Shown one piece after another: positions 9,449-19,738 of a stretch of DNA of 64,000 bases (positions are counted from its first letter, which is position 1; every line of letters begins with the position of its first letter). The notes under the pieces were generated by a model. The model ran no database searches, was not told the origin of the DNA, and worked only from the letters and a program-made list of their open reading frames with translations. The DNA comes from Myxococcales bacterium (GTDB lineage: Bacteria; Myxococcota_A; Polyangia; Polyangiales; DASUME01). A program made the translations under genes and the position numbers. The stretch is taken from positions 4,224,001-4,288,000 of the forward strand of contig JASGJH010000001.1 in NCBI GenBank assembly GCA_047601445.1, written 5' to 3'.

Positions 9449-10426
9449 TCATTGGCGACGGCGCTTCTTCCTCGCCGCCGGTCGCACTGGACGCACCTTT
9501 TCGGGGATGCGTTCGTCGTCAACCACCAACCCGGGTCCCAGCGCGCGCGGCAATCGGGCCAGCATCCAATCGATGAAAGCCCGGACCTGTGCGGGCACGA
9601 AGAGCCTTTCAGGGTAAACGAGCGCCATACGACCTTCGACGCGCAGTATCTTTGGCAAAACAGCCACCAGCCTGCCGCTCTCGACATGGGGAGCTGCCGC
9701 AAGCTCGGGCACGAGAGCGATTCCTTGTCCACGCGCTGCTAACCGACAGAGTAGCTCCGGGCTGTTCGAGAAGAACGCTCCGTCCAGGGCAATCTTGCTG
9801 CGGCCGCTCGCCCAGTGTGTCTGCGGAAATTCGCCGCGGGCGAAGCCCATCAGACAACGATGGCGAGGCAAATCGCTTAGCCTCCCAGGCTCGCCGTGCT
9901 CGGCGAGATACCCTGGGGAAGCGACCCCGATCAGCTGGGTACGCGCGATCGTACGCGCGACGAGGCCAGGCTCCAGTTGTTCGGTTGCCCGGATGGCAAC
10001 GTCGTAGCCCTCGCGCTTCAAGTCGACCATTCGACTCGAGAAGAATGCGTGAAGACGCACCTGCGGATGCGCCTCCGCGAACTCGGCGATGGTGTCCAAA
10101 ATCGCCGCACCAGTCATGGGCGGCAAGGAGACCCTGAGCTCGCCAGCGATCGGGCCGCCGGTACGCCGAACGCTCGACTCTGCCTGACTCGCCGCCTCCA
10201 GCACGAGGCGGGCCTGCCGATAGAACGTCTCGCCGACATCGGTGAGCGTGAGGCTTCGCGTGGTTCTCCGGAGCAAGCGGACACCGAGCCGTTGCTCGAG
10301 CCGAGAGAGGCGCTTTCCGAGGGTGGCGCGCGGGATGCCGAGTTCGGCAGCGGCTCGCGTCAGGGACTTCGCATCGACAGCCTTCGCGAAGGCCAACAGT
10401 TCGGCATTGTCGAGGGGCTCTTTCAT
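9449..10426 (-). CDS. LysR-family transcriptional regulator (CrgA-like)
   Basis: SLTRAAAELG..RLEQRLGVRLLRRTTRSLTLT HTH; VDL..EGYDVAIR; divergent from an NAD(P)H-binding gene. Confidence 0.95.
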   Translation of the reverse strand: MKEPLDNAELLAFAKAVDAKSLTRAAAELGIPRATLGKRLSRLEQRLGVRLLRRTTRSLTLTDVGETFYRQARLVLEAASQAESSVRRTGGPIAGELRVSLPPMTGAAILDTIAEFAEAHPQVRLHAFFSSRMVDLKREGYDVAIRATEQLEPGLVARTIARTQLIGVASPGYLAEHGEPGRLSDLPRHRCLMGFARGEFPQTHWASGRSKIALDGAFFSNSPELLCRLAARGQGIALVPELAAAPHVESGRLVAVLPKILRVEGRMALVYPERLFVPAQVRAFIDWMLARLPRALGPGLVVDDERIPEKVRPVRPAARKKRRRQ

Positions 10427-10572
10427 TAGGAACGTTTTGTAGCAGATGTTGTTCACTTGGCGTGCATTGTCGCGGATGGCCAAAGGCCGCAGAGTAGGAG
10501 GAGTCGAGCCCCTTGGTCGTGCCAGGACGTTCCCGGCACCGGGCTCCCTTTTGTCCGCAGGGAGGTTTTCGA

Positions 10573-11409
10573 ATGATTGGAGTCATCGGAGCGAGTGGAA
10601 ATGTGGGTTCGTCCTTGGTACGCGAGCTTGCAGCCGCGGGTCAGGACGTCGTGGCGGTCTCGCGCAGCGGGGGTAGCGGCTCCGGCCGCGTGCAGCACGT
10701 TGCGGCGGATCTCGCTGAGCCAGGAAAGGTGCGCGATGCGCTACGCGGCGTGGCTTCCGTGTTCCTGATGATCGCCGGCGCTGGCGAGGGACTCGACCTG
10801 GGCGCGCTCGTTTCTGCCGTGGCGGATACGGGTGCTCGACGCGTCGTGCTCCTGTCGTCCATCGGCACGCGGTCGCGGCCGACGGCCATGTCGCACGAGC
10901 CGCTGCGCGTGCTCGAGAAAGAGGTCATGGCTTCCGCACTTGCCTGGACCATTCTGCGCCCCGGGGGCTTTGCATCGAATGCGAAGGCATGGATCCCAGG
11001 CATCCGCGCGAGAGGAGTCGTGGAAGCCCCCTTCGGCGACATCGCGATTCCCGTGGTCGACCCCGCTGACATCGCATCGATGGCGTCCGCAGCACTGCTC
11101 CATGAGCGTCATGCGGGCGCGGTCTACGAGCTCACTGGCCCTGCCCCCATCTCCCCGCGCGCGCAGATGCATGCCATCGCAGAAGCGACAGGCGTTCCGC
11201 TGACGTTCGTCGACCTCGGGCGCGCGCAGGCCGCCGCTGCATGGCGCACGTTCATGCCAGCGGCAGTCATCGAGACCACTCTCGACGCGCTCGGAAATCC
11301 CAACGAGCTGGAGCGCCGCGTGAGCCCCGATATCGAGCGCGCGCTCGGTCGGCCACCTCGACCGTTTTCGGCGTGGGCTGCACGCAACGCCGACGCTTTT
11401 CGCTCGTAG
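10573..11409 (+). CDS. NmrA-like NAD(P)H-binding protein
   Basis: GGAGG RBS; VIGASGNVG Rossmann motif; WTILRPGGFASN, VDPADIA, YELTGP. Confidence 0.9.
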   Translation: MIGVIGASGNVGSSLVRELAAAGQDVVAVSRSGGSGSGRVQHVAADLAEPGKVRDALRGVASVFLMIAGAGEGLDLGALVSAVADTGARRVVLLSSIGTRSRPTAMSHEPLRVLEKEVMASALAWTILRPGGFASNAKAWIPGIRARGVVEAPFGDIAIPVVDPADIASMASAALLHERHAGAVYELTGPAPISPRAQMHAIAEATGVPLTFVDLGRAQAAAAWRTFMPAAVIETTLDALGNPNELERRVSPDIERALGRPPRPFSAWAARNADAFRS

Positions 11410-11693
11410 CTCCACACCAGCGCCCGTCGACGTCCGTCTCGACGCCCATGGCAGCGTGGGGTCGTCAATGGAACCGATCGGCCTCGTATCCTGGCGCCCC
11501 CCTGAGGAGTGAATCGGCGGTGCGCAGAAAGTGCGCCAAAGCGACCCGGAGGCGAATGGTTTGCAGCGCATCGCTCGCCGGTGCTGCACGCGCGCAGGCC
11601 AAGTGCCCCGAGGTTTACGCGTTGGGCCCGCCTCTTGCTCGGGTTCAAAGCATGGGGCTGAGACACTCACGGCGAAAGAAAGGACGGCGTTCC

Positions 11694-12743
11694 ATGGAGC
11701 AGCAGGAAGTGAGCGACCACATCTCGCGGCCGGCGCAGCCGCACAATCGAGTCGTTCAACTCCGACATTTCGGAGGTCCCGAAGAGCTCGAGGTCATCGA
11801 GGCCGCGTTGCCTACGCCAGGCCGGGGCGACGTACGCGTTCGCGTGCTCGCCGCAGGCATCGAATACACGGAGGTGACTATCCGGCGTCATCTGTATCCG
11901 TGGGTGCGTCGCAAGCCGCCGTTCGTGATGGGCTACGACGTGGTTGGCGAGATCGATCAAGTCGGCGCCGACGTCGACAACTTTCGCGTGGGCGACGTCG
12001 TCGCGGACATGACGATGATCGGATCGGACGCCACCTACCGGACGCTTCCGGCGGCCGCCCTCACACGCGTACCGCCAGGCGTGGACGCGGCGGAGGCGGC
12101 CGCGATGATCTTGAGCTGGACCACCGCCTACCAGCTTCTCCATCGGGCCGCTCGCGTTCGGCCCGGCCAGCGTGTGCTCGTGCAGGGCGCGGCCGGTGCC
12201 GTCGGGCAGGCCCTACTCGTCTTGGGGAAACTCGCCGGCGTGGAGTTGTGGGGCACCGCCCGCGGCAAGCACGCAGCACTCATCCGCACACTCGGCGGCA
12301 TACCCATCGACTACCAACGCGAAGACTTCATCCGTGCTCTGCCTGGCGGTTTCGACGTGGTATTCGACGGTATCGGCCAGGATGGCTTTCGCCCCGCGCT
12401 CGCCGCGCTCCGGCCGGGCGGCCTGCTCTGCTTCTATGGATACTCGGCGAGCGTCGCCGACGGGAGCAGCCTACGCGCCATCCTGGCATTGATGGGAAGC
12501 CTGTACCTGCGAGCCCGGCTCTCGAATGGCAAGCGCGCCCGCGCCTACTCGATCAACACGATGCGCGCGCGCCACCCCGCGTGGTTCAAGGAGGACCTCG
12601 AGCGGCTCTTCGGCATGTTGGCCGCTGGCACCATCCGACCGCGCATCGCCGAGCGCATTTCCTTCGAGCAGGTCAGCGACGCACACCGCCGGCTCGAGGC
12701 AGGAGGGCTCGACGGGAAGTTGGTGCTCTGTCCGGGCGGATAG
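11694..12743 (+). CDS. Medium-chain dehydrogenase/reductase (quinone oxidoreductase-like)
   Basis: FGGPEEL, PFVMGYDVVGEI, VLVQGAAGAVG, GKLVL; no zinc Cys ligands seen. Confidence 0.9.
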   Translation: MEQQEVSDHISRPAQPHNRVVQLRHFGGPEELEVIEAALPTPGRGDVRVRVLAAGIEYTEVTIRRHLYPWVRRKPPFVMGYDVVGEIDQVGADVDNFRVGDVVADMTMIGSDATYRTLPAAALTRVPPGVDAAEAAAMILSWTTAYQLLHRAARVRPGQRVLVQGAAGAVGQALLVLGKLAGVELWGTARGKHAALIRTLGGIPIDYQREDFIRALPGGFDVVFDGIGQDGFRPALAALRPGGLLCFYGYSASVADGSSLRAILALMGSLYLRARLSNGKRARAYSINTMRARHPAWFKEDLERLFGMLAAGTIRPRIAERISFEQVSDAHRRLEAGGLDGKLVLCPGG

Positions 12744-13169
12744 CGCCCTGTCGGAGGTCACGCCAGACCCGCAAGCGACCCAGGCATCAACGCCGGCTTT
12801 CTCCGCCCTACGCGTCCTCGCGCATCCGCTGCCATCGCCCCCAAAGGAGCACCCCGCGTGCGAGGGCATGAACGTGAACGTGAGCTCGGAGCAAGCACGC
12901 GCGCAGGCACCGGCCCCAGGTGAAACACGCCGTAGGCGTTGTGGCAGGGATGGTCAGCGGAATACGGCGCGGAAGGCCAGCGCTCGGTCACGCGACGTGG
13001 AGCATCTTCTTGCTTGATACGAGAAAAGGCTGAGGCCGGGCGCCGGGAGCCACGGAACTTGCCCTCGCGGATGACTCGCCCGTGGACCGTGCAGATGCCC
13101 GCAGCCTCCGCGCGCACATGCTGAGCGCTCACGTTCGCTCGCTGCTCGCGCGGAGGAACGCCAGGCGAC

Positions 13170-13670
13170 CTAATGCCGCTGATGCCCGGCTTCGCCGCCG
13201 GAGGCTTGCGGTCCGCGCTCACGGCCGGATTCGCCGTCTCCTTGAGCAGAGGTTTGCTGCGGGTGCTGGTGATGTCCGTGTTCGCCACCTTCGCGCAGAC
13301 AGAGCAGCGCGTCATCGCGGCCCTTCTTGCACACGCCCTCAACGTTGCCGTCGTTGCCAGCAACCGTGCACTTGTCGCCCTCTGCGCTCGACGTGCACGC
13401 GCTCGCCAGCGCTTGTGTGTCTGGACGACCTTGCGCCATGCCCTCAGCATGCTTGTGCTCACCTGGATGCTGCCCCTCCTCATCGGCGGGCCCTTCGCGA
13501 TTCCCGGCTTCGCGGTTCTCGCCGCGCCCGCCCTCTTCCCTGGGACCTGCGAACGATCCGGGGCGATGACCCTCGTGCGCTCCTTCTGCTTGGTGCTGCG
13601 TGGCGCAGCCCGTGCCCATACCAATACCGATTGCGATTGCGATGACTGCGTGCTGACCAAACGACTTCAT
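13170..13670 (-). CDS. Small lipoprotein, Gly/Glu/His-rich, with a four-Cys mini-domain
   Basis: Signal ending GTGC; ACTSSAEGDKCTV...VEGVC...LLC; His-rich patches. Confidence 0.62.
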   Translation of the reverse strand: MKSFGQHAVIAIAIGIGMGTGCATQHQAEGAHEGHRPGSFAGPREEGGRGENREAGNREGPADEEGQHPGEHKHAEGMAQGRPDTQALASACTSSAEGDKCTVAGNDGNVEGVCKKGRDDALLCLREGGEHGHHQHPQQTSAQGDGESGRERGPQASGGEAGHQRH

Positions 13671-13846
13671 GACGTAGATCTCTCCCCCTCAAGCGTCTGA
13701 CTGCGTGCGCGCGCATGTACGAGCGTCGAACGCAACCATTCTGACGATGACGAGCTGCAATCTACCGTTCGCTCGAACGCGACGACAACAGCGATCACAC
13801 AACACGAACAACGCGAAGCCCGAGCGCGCATTTTTTCCGCACGAAG

Positions 13847-13882
13847 TTCACGCGCCACCAAAGGTTCTTCACGCAACTTTAC
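13847..13882 (-). promoter_or_regulatory. Putative OmpR-family (CpxR-like) direct-repeat binding site
   Basis: Minus strand GTAAA-GTTGC-GTGAA at 13882-13868; further GTGAA half-site at 13851-13847; upstream of the 13670 gene. Confidence 0.35.
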
Positions 13883-14028
13883 GTACGCAACGGAGCGTCT
13901 TTGCACGAGCAACCGCGATGCGCTCCAACCATTCACGAGAAGGAATTTCGAGCCGCTTTTCGCTAATCCATCCGCACCACCGTGCACGTGCAGAGCGTGT
14001 GGCGCGCGATCCGCGATGCCTCTTGCGG

Positions 14029-14397
14029 CTACTGCCCATCGCGCGCATCCGCCACGTTCGACATCAGCCGCCTCGCCAGTGCCTCAGGCTCCGCCGTGGT
14101 GATCAGCAGCCGACTGAACGACGCACCTTCGAGCTCCACGACGAGCGCAGGACTACGCCCATACACGGCGCAGAAGTCCTTCCCGAACGAGCCGCGGGTC
14201 GTGCCCAACATGATCACCCATGGGATTCCCGTACCCGGCGCACGAAAGCCGCGAAGCTCACTCCATGGAGTCGTCGTCACCCAGGCGCGCTTCACGCGGG
14301 ACAGGTCGACACGCACGTCTCCTTGCAACGCGCCGACCTTCTCCAATGTACTGAGCCGGACGACAAGCTCTCCGGAATCGACCGTAAGGTGGGCCAT
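14029..14397 (-). CDS. Conserved small hypothetical protein (possibly bacterial PH-like fold)
   Basis: MAHLTVDSGELVVRLSTLEK...LRGFRAPGTGIP...ALVVELEG reads as a compact globular protein; ATG 14397. Confidence 0.7.
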   Translation of the reverse strand: MAHLTVDSGELVVRLSTLEKVGALQGDVRVDLSRVKRAWVTTTPWSELRGFRAPGTGIPWVIMLGTTRGSFGKDFCAVYGRSPALVVELEGASFSRLLITTAEPEALARRLMSNVADARDGQ

Positions 14398-14693
14398 GAC
14401 GCTGGTGTACCAGCGCGTCCCAGCGCCGTCCAAGGCGCCCCGAGGAGCCATTGGCTCTACGCGATGCTCCGACGCGGGGAGCTTCCAGAGCCGGGCGCGC
14501 TGCTCGGACAGACTACCGAAGGCTTCCCCCAAGCTGCAACACACGGGCCGCCCTAGTTGCACGTGGCGACCCGAGGGTGCTCCTCGGCGTCGTCGCTCTC
14601 GAGGGCGAACCCGACCGCGCGATCGGTTGAAGGGAAATCCGCCCGGTGTCGTGAACCAAGCGCTCGAACGGGCAGCTTGCTCGGGCCGCCGCG

Positions 14694-15803
14694 CTACATC
14701 CAGTGCTTGTGTTGGGAGGACCATGGGCTCGAGCACAACGCGCAGTCGTCTCCGAAGAAGAACTTGCGCGCGGCCTGGTCGCCGCAAGTCCAGAGTCTGA
14801 GCCACGCAATGATGGGAGCTCGCTCGGCTTCCATGCCTCGACACTGCATATCTCCGCCCGCCTGCGGAATGGCGATCCCGGCGATCGGACAGAACGTCGG
14901 GTTGGGATCGAGCGGATAGAGGTGCCCCGCGTTGGCGTCCTGCAATGTCGCGTAGAAGGTCTGGACGGTCGACTTCTCGTAGTTCGGCGTGACATAGCCG
15001 GATGCCGTCACGAACGTGTCACCTGTCGACGTGAAGAGGATGAGTGGACTGTGCATGTCCTCGAAGGCAGTGTCCCCGCGCGGCGGCATGCCGTGGATCG
15101 AAACCGTCGTCTTCACGTTGGGCCGATTGGCCGTATCGATCGCCGCGCCTCCACCCCACGAGTAGCCGATGGTCGCCTCGCGAGAGGTGTCCAGCTTGCC
15201 CTTCATGGCGCCAGATTCATTCTGCATGATCAACCAGTCGAGCCCGTCCGAGAGACACGGTCGCTCTGCCATGGTGTCGTTGCATGCGATGATCACGAAC
15301 CCGTGGCTCGCGATGAGCTTGAGCGTCTCTTGGTACAAGTAGGGCTGCGTTGCGATTCCGTTGCCCCAGGTTGCGATCGGATGCTTGAAGCCATCTCGAC
15401 CGAGTGAAGCATCGGGCCGAAACAGTGTGTAATTCGAGCTGGGTCCGACCCCCTCGAACATCTTGGCATCGCCGAAGGGACCGGGCGCGGCATAGTCGTT
15501 CACGGGTGGCAGGGTCTCGCAGGTGCCCGGGGTGGGTGCATCGCCGTCACCACCAGCACCCACGGTGCTTCCGCCATCACGGTCGCCCCCAACGGAGCCT
15601 CCAGTTCCGCCATCCTCGCGCGTATCGCTGTCGTCCTCATTGCGCGCATCGCCATCACCGTTGCCGGTGCCGTCATCGACCTCACGATCGCCATCTCCGA
15701 CTTCGGCAGGGTCGCCGGCCTCGCCCAAGCTCGCTTGGCGATCGCAACCGACTGCAAGCAGGCCGACCAGGGACAACGGAAGCAGGACCTCATACGTCTT
15801 CAT
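14694..15803 (-). CDS. Cutinase/lipase-like alpha/beta hydrolase lipoprotein (Pseudomonas mendocina cutinase type)
   Basis: AVGC lipobox, acidic linker; HPIATWGNG, ASHGFV, GYSWGG nucleophile, GDT acid, AGH His, C-terminal FFGDDCALC. Confidence 0.82.
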   Translation of the reverse strand: MKTYEVLLPLSLVGLLAVGCDRQASLGEAGDPAEVGDGDREVDDGTGNGDGDARNEDDSDTREDGGTGGSVGGDRDGGSTVGAGGDGDAPTPGTCETLPPVNDYAAPGPFGDAKMFEGVGPSSNYTLFRPDASLGRDGFKHPIATWGNGIATQPYLYQETLKLIASHGFVIIACNDTMAERPCLSDGLDWLIMQNESGAMKGKLDTSREATIGYSWGGGAAIDTANRPNVKTTVSIHGMPPRGDTAFEDMHSPLILFTSTGDTFVTASGYVTPNYEKSTVQTFYATLQDANAGHLYPLDPNPTFCPIAGIAIPQAGGDMQCRGMEAERAPIIAWLRLWTCGDQAARKFFFGDDCALCSSPWSSQHKHWM

Positions 15804-16011
15804 GAACTCCACCTCGCGAGCGCGCACTACGAGCTGCGCGTCGCGAATGGATTGCACGCGTCACAAGCGCCTGCACCTCAGAAACAGGACGCGGCGCGAC
15901 GGCGCATTCAATTGGCTCAAAGTGTTTGCTCGCGAGATTCAGCGCCGAATGGCTCGCTTGACTCTTCACGTCATCGCGTTTGTTATCTCTGCCAGAGACG
16001 GCTCGCGCCGC

Positions 16012-17637
16012 TCAGTGCACCACGACGCGACCGCCGCCGCCGCCACCACCGCCACCGCCCAAGACCGAGTTGGGCGCGTCGCTTCCGTTGCCGGACGTAC
16101 TGCCGCAACCCGCGCCGCTGCACAAACCTCCCGTCGCGCCGTTACCACCGTCGTTCTTGCCGCCCGCAGCTGCGCTGTCGTCCGCCGTGTGTCCGTCGGC
16201 GCCGCTGGTGCTCGCCCCACACTCGTTGCCACCGCCGCCGCCGCCGCCATGAACGCGCAGCCTGCCGCCCGAGCCGATGCTCGGCGTGCTCACGGCCTCG
16301 AGCAGGATGGCGCCACCGCTGCCGCCACCGCCGCCGCCGTCGCCGACGCAATCATCGTTGTCGTCGTTGCCTTGGCCGCCACCGCCTGCCGCGCTCAAGG
16401 TCGCGCCGTTGTTGCCGGTGCCAATCACGATCGTGCCGCTGGCGCTGATCTGAAGTGCACCGCCGCCCGCGCCGCCGTCGCCCTTGAGGATGCTGCCTCG
16501 GATCGCATCTCCCCCCCTGCCGCCCGAGCAGCCACCAAACAACGGAACGAGGGTCGTGTTGCTGCTGACGCCGCCCGCACTTCCGCCGCCGCCGCTGCCG
16601 CTGCCAGAATTGCCGGCGCCACCCTGGCCGCCGATGGTGCCGAAGCCACCACCGCCGCCGCCGTCGCTGTCGCCAGGGAACGTGCCCGTGCGGCCGGCGC
16701 CACCCTCGAGCCCAGCGCACTGGCTGGCGAGGCTACCGCCGGGCCCAGCGTTCGTTCCATTGGCCGAAGCGTCGATCCTGCCGCCGCTGTCGACGGTCAC
16801 GTTGCCGTCGACCAAGAACACGATGGGCTTGTCGCCCCTCAGCTGGATCAGGTGGTTGGCGGTGACGGTCATCCCGGTGAGTCGGACCACCATCACCGTC
16901 GGCCCGCTGGCGTCGAGCTGCGCCACACCGTTGCTGGCGTCGAGGGTGGCCGTGCCACCGCAGTCGTCGCCACTGAGCTGCCCGGTGCTGGAGTCGATGA
17001 TAGTGGTGGCGTTGTTGGTGCAGTTCCAGCTCGGTGAGCCCACGAACGACTGCTGCGTCATATCGATGTTGCTCGGTGTGTACGGGAAGCAGGCCAGCGT
17101 GCTCGCCATGCAGCTATCATGGGTCGCCCCGTTCACGCACGTCACCAGGCCCGTGCTCGCGCATGTCCCCGTGCCGCAGGTGCTCGGCACCACCACGTAG
17201 TCATCGTCGGGCACGCCGTCGCAGTCGTCGTCGACTCCGTCACAGGTCGTGTCGTCTTGGTTCAGAGGTTCGCCAGGCAGACACGCCGTCTCCAGGCCCC
17301 CCACGCAGGTCGAGGGAGTGTTGTTGTCTCGGCAATAGCCGACCCCGCACGAGGTATCCGGCACGTACGAGCTGTCATCCACGCCGGGACAGGCATCCGA
17401 GCAATCCGCCGTGCCATCGCCGTCGGAGTCCGTGCTGCATGAGCCGGTCGCGTCTGGAGCATTGCTCGCGTCGCCGACGCTGGGGCCTCCGTCCTGCAGA
17501 ACGGTGCTTGCATCCGAGGCGCCGTCTTCGTCCGTGAGAGGCAACAGGTCGAGCCCAATGCGACCACATCCGAGGCACCCGATCGCCAGGAGCCCCTGAA
17601 GCAGGCGGATGCGATGCCCTCGATTCGCGCCGATCAC
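16012..17637 (-). CDS. Cys-rich/Gly-rich surface lipoprotein with TSP3-like and CDGVDDDCDG metal-binding motifs
   Basis: LGCGRIGLD lipobox; DSDGDGTADCSDACP; CDGVDDDCDGVPDD; long GGGGGSGGAILLE-type Gly-rich domain; start uncertain. Confidence 0.75.
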   Translation of the reverse strand: MIGANRGHRIRLLQGLLAIGCLGCGRIGLDLLPLTDEDGASDASTVLQDGGPSVGDASNAPDATGSCSTDSDGDGTADCSDACPGVDDSSYVPDTSCGVGYCRDNNTPSTCVGGLETACLPGEPLNQDDTTCDGVDDDCDGVPDDDYVVVPSTCGTGTCASTGLVTCVNGATHDSCMASTLACFPYTPSNIDMTQQSFVGSPSWNCTNNATTIIDSSTGQLSGDDCGGTATLDASNGVAQLDASGPTVMVVRLTGMTVTANHLIQLRGDKPIVFLVDGNVTVDSGGRIDASANGTNAGPGGSLASQCAGLEGGAGRTGTFPGDSDGGGGGGFGTIGGQGGAGNSGSGSGGGGSAGGVSSNTTLVPLFGGCSGGRGGDAIRGSILKGDGGAGGGALQISASGTIVIGTGNNGATLSAAGGGGQGNDDNDDCVGDGGGGGGSGGAILLEAVSTPSIGSGGRLRVHGGGGGGGNECGASTSGADGHTADDSAAAGGKNDGGNGATGGLCSGAGCGSTSGNGSDAPNSVLGGGGGGGGGGRVVVH

Positions 17638-17923
17638 CGAGGCTTTCTTGGGCTTTCCCGTCGTTGAACACACTGCCTGCCTCGGGGCGCCCAAGTCCGC
17701 TTCTCCTCGCGCTCTAGTATCCCGACATCGCAGCCAATCTTCTGTACCTGAGCTCACGGACTTGCTTGTTCATCGCCGCCGACAAAAGGAAGTCATCTCT
17801 GCGAGATGGGAAGGCGCACGATGGATCCCCGTAGGCAGTTCTCGCGAGCCTGTCGCGGATAGCTTGTTGAGCTCAGGGGAGAGCAAGGAAGTGTGGGCGG
17901 GAGACGCGCGAGCTTGGGCTGGC

Positions 17924-19567
17924 TCAAGCGGCGTGAGTGGGATGGGTCGGTGGGATCCATGACTCCCCCCGCTGCATCACGCTCGCTTGGTCGTCCGCTA
18001 CGCGGCTGGGGCTGGATAGCGGAGCGGCCAGCTTTTCGCGCACGAAGCGATCGAGCGCCTGAATGTCTTCGGCGCTCACGCGCAGGCCGAGCTTGGAACG
18101 GCGCCACAGGACGTCTTCGGCGCTACGCGCCCACTCCTGCTCCAGCAAGAACTCCACTTCACGCTGATACAGGCCGGCGCCGAAGTGTTTGCCGAGATCC
18201 GCTAGGGCATGGCAGCCCTGCAGCAGTGCGTGCACACGCGTGCCGTATGCGTTGCCGAGTCGAGCGGCGAGATCGTCCGGCAACCAGCCGTATTGGCGCT
18301 TGAGACTTGTTAGCCAGTCGCCAAAATCGTCGCCGCCGATGTCGCCACCAGGCAGCGTCCCGGTGCGAGTCCAGCTACCCGTCATGTGCGGGAAGTAGGG
18401 CTGCAACGCATGCAGGGCCGCTTCTGCGAGTCGACGGTAGGTGGTGAGCTTCCCGCCGAAGACGTGCAGCACCGGCAGCTCGCCCTGCTCGTCTACGCCG
18501 ACCTCCAACGTGTAGTCTCGGGTCATCGCAGACGGCGAGGCAGACTCGTCGTCACACAGCGGGCGCACGCCCGAGTAGCGCCACAAGATGTCCTCGCGCC
18601 CGAGCTGCCGCTTGAAGTGCCGGTTGTAGACATCCAGCAGGTACTGCTCTTCCTCGGCGTCCATCGCCACCTGCGCGGGATCGCCCTCATATACTTTGTC
18701 CGTGGTGCCTACCAGCGTGAAGTCACGGTTGTAAGGGATCACGAAGACGATGCGCTGATCTTCGTTTTGCAGGATGTACGCCTGATCGCCCTCGTACACC
18801 TTGCGGGTCACGAAGTGGCTGCCCTTGATCAAGCGGACCGTGCGCGGCGACTTGGTCTTCATCTGTTGTTCGACCAGCTTCTGCGCCCAGGGTCCGGCGG
18901 CGTTCACCAGGCCGCGCGCGAACACCTCGAAGCGGCGACCGGTCAGCAACTCCTCCAGCTCGATGCGCCACAGCCCGTTCTCACGCGTGGCGCCGATGCA
19001 GCGCGTGCGCACCATGATGCGCGCGCCGCGCTCCTGGGCGCCGAGCGCATTGCTCACCACCAATCGGGCGTCATCCACCTGGCAGTCGGAGTATTCGAAG
19101 CCACGACCGATCGATTCGCTCAATGGGTTGTCGCGGGCGGCAGGGTCCAGCTTGCGACCGGCCGAGCCTGCCAACTTGTTGCGGCTGCTCAAGTGGTCAT
19201 ACATGAAGAGGCCGATGCGGATCATCCACGCCGGACGCAGGTGAGGACGGTGCGGCAGGATGAAGCGCAGCGGTTTGATCAGATGCGGCGCCGTACTCAG
19301 GAGCACCTCGCGCTCTGCCAGCGCCTCGCGCACCAGTCGAAACTCGTAGTGCTCCAGATAGCGTAGGCCGCCGTGAATCAGCTTGCTGCTGGCGGACGAC
19401 GTGGCGCTGGCCAGGTCCGCTTGTTCGCACAGAGCCACCGACAGGCCGCGGCCGCTGGCATCCAGCGCAATCCCCGTTCCGTTGATGCCGCCACCGATGA
19501 CGAATAGATCGTAAACGTTTGAATTTGTGGTCTTTTCTATCGCGGACGTGGACTGAACGTGGCGCAT
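17924..19567 (-). CDS. glpD: Aerobic glycerol-3-phosphate dehydrogenase
   Basis: IGGGINGTGIA, ATSSASSKLIHGGLRYLE, DDARLV, NAAGPW, GGKLTTYR. Confidence 0.97.
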   Translation of the reverse strand: MRHVQSTSAIEKTTNSNVYDLFVIGGGINGTGIALDASGRGLSVALCEQADLASATSSASSKLIHGGLRYLEHYEFRLVREALAEREVLLSTAPHLIKPLRFILPHRPHLRPAWMIRIGLFMYDHLSSRNKLAGSAGRKLDPAARDNPLSESIGRGFEYSDCQVDDARLVVSNALGAQERGARIMVRTRCIGATRENGLWRIELEELLTGRRFEVFARGLVNAAGPWAQKLVEQQMKTKSPRTVRLIKGSHFVTRKVYEGDQAYILQNEDQRIVFVIPYNRDFTLVGTTDKVYEGDPAQVAMDAEEEQYLLDVYNRHFKRQLGREDILWRYSGVRPLCDDESASPSAMTRDYTLEVGVDEQGELPVLHVFGGKLTTYRRLAEAALHALQPYFPHMTGSWTRTGTLPGGDIGGDDFGDWLTSLKRQYGWLPDDLAARLGNAYGTRVHALLQGCHALADLGKHFGAGLYQREVEFLLEQEWARSAEDVLWRRSKLGLRVSAEDIQALDRFVREKLAAPLSSPSRVADDQASVMQRGESWIPPTHPTHAA

Positions 19568-19605
19568 GGGACGGCTTTCCGTTGCTGGACTCCAGTAAGC
19601 CTTAC

Positions 19606-19720
19606 GCATTTTCGCAATCGATGCAAAACGAACATTTTCGAAAATCGAATCGGCGATAACGAACATTCTGGACGCACTCGTCCTCGGACACCCCCTCTTG
19701 AACAAGCGGTGTGTTCGATT
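19606..19720. promoter_or_regulatory. Cluster of GlpR-type operator sites upstream of glpD
   Basis: ACGAACATT 19628-19636, CGATAACGAACATT 19654-19667, TTTTCGAAAATCGAA ~19635-19649, TGTTCGAT 19712-19719 in an AT-rich patch; resembles the E. coli GlpR consensus WATGTTCGWTAWCGAACATW. Confidence 0.7.
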
Positions 19721-19738
19721 TCAAGTATTTGAAAACGC

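Noticed and set aside
11640..11693. GGGGCTGAGA resembling the start of a TPP riboswitch
   Set aside because: Downstream conserved elements (CCTGA..., TAATGC...GCG.AGG) are absent and the gene is unrelated to thiamine
12758..13660. 300-aa minus-strand ORF and overlapping plus-strand ORFs
   Set aside because: Alternative frames of the 13170-13670 lipoprotein; Arg/Ala-rich with no recognisable features
15523..17037. 504-aa plus-strand ORF
   Set aside because: Antisense shadow of the Gly-rich lipoprotein; Ala/Arg-rich with no motifs
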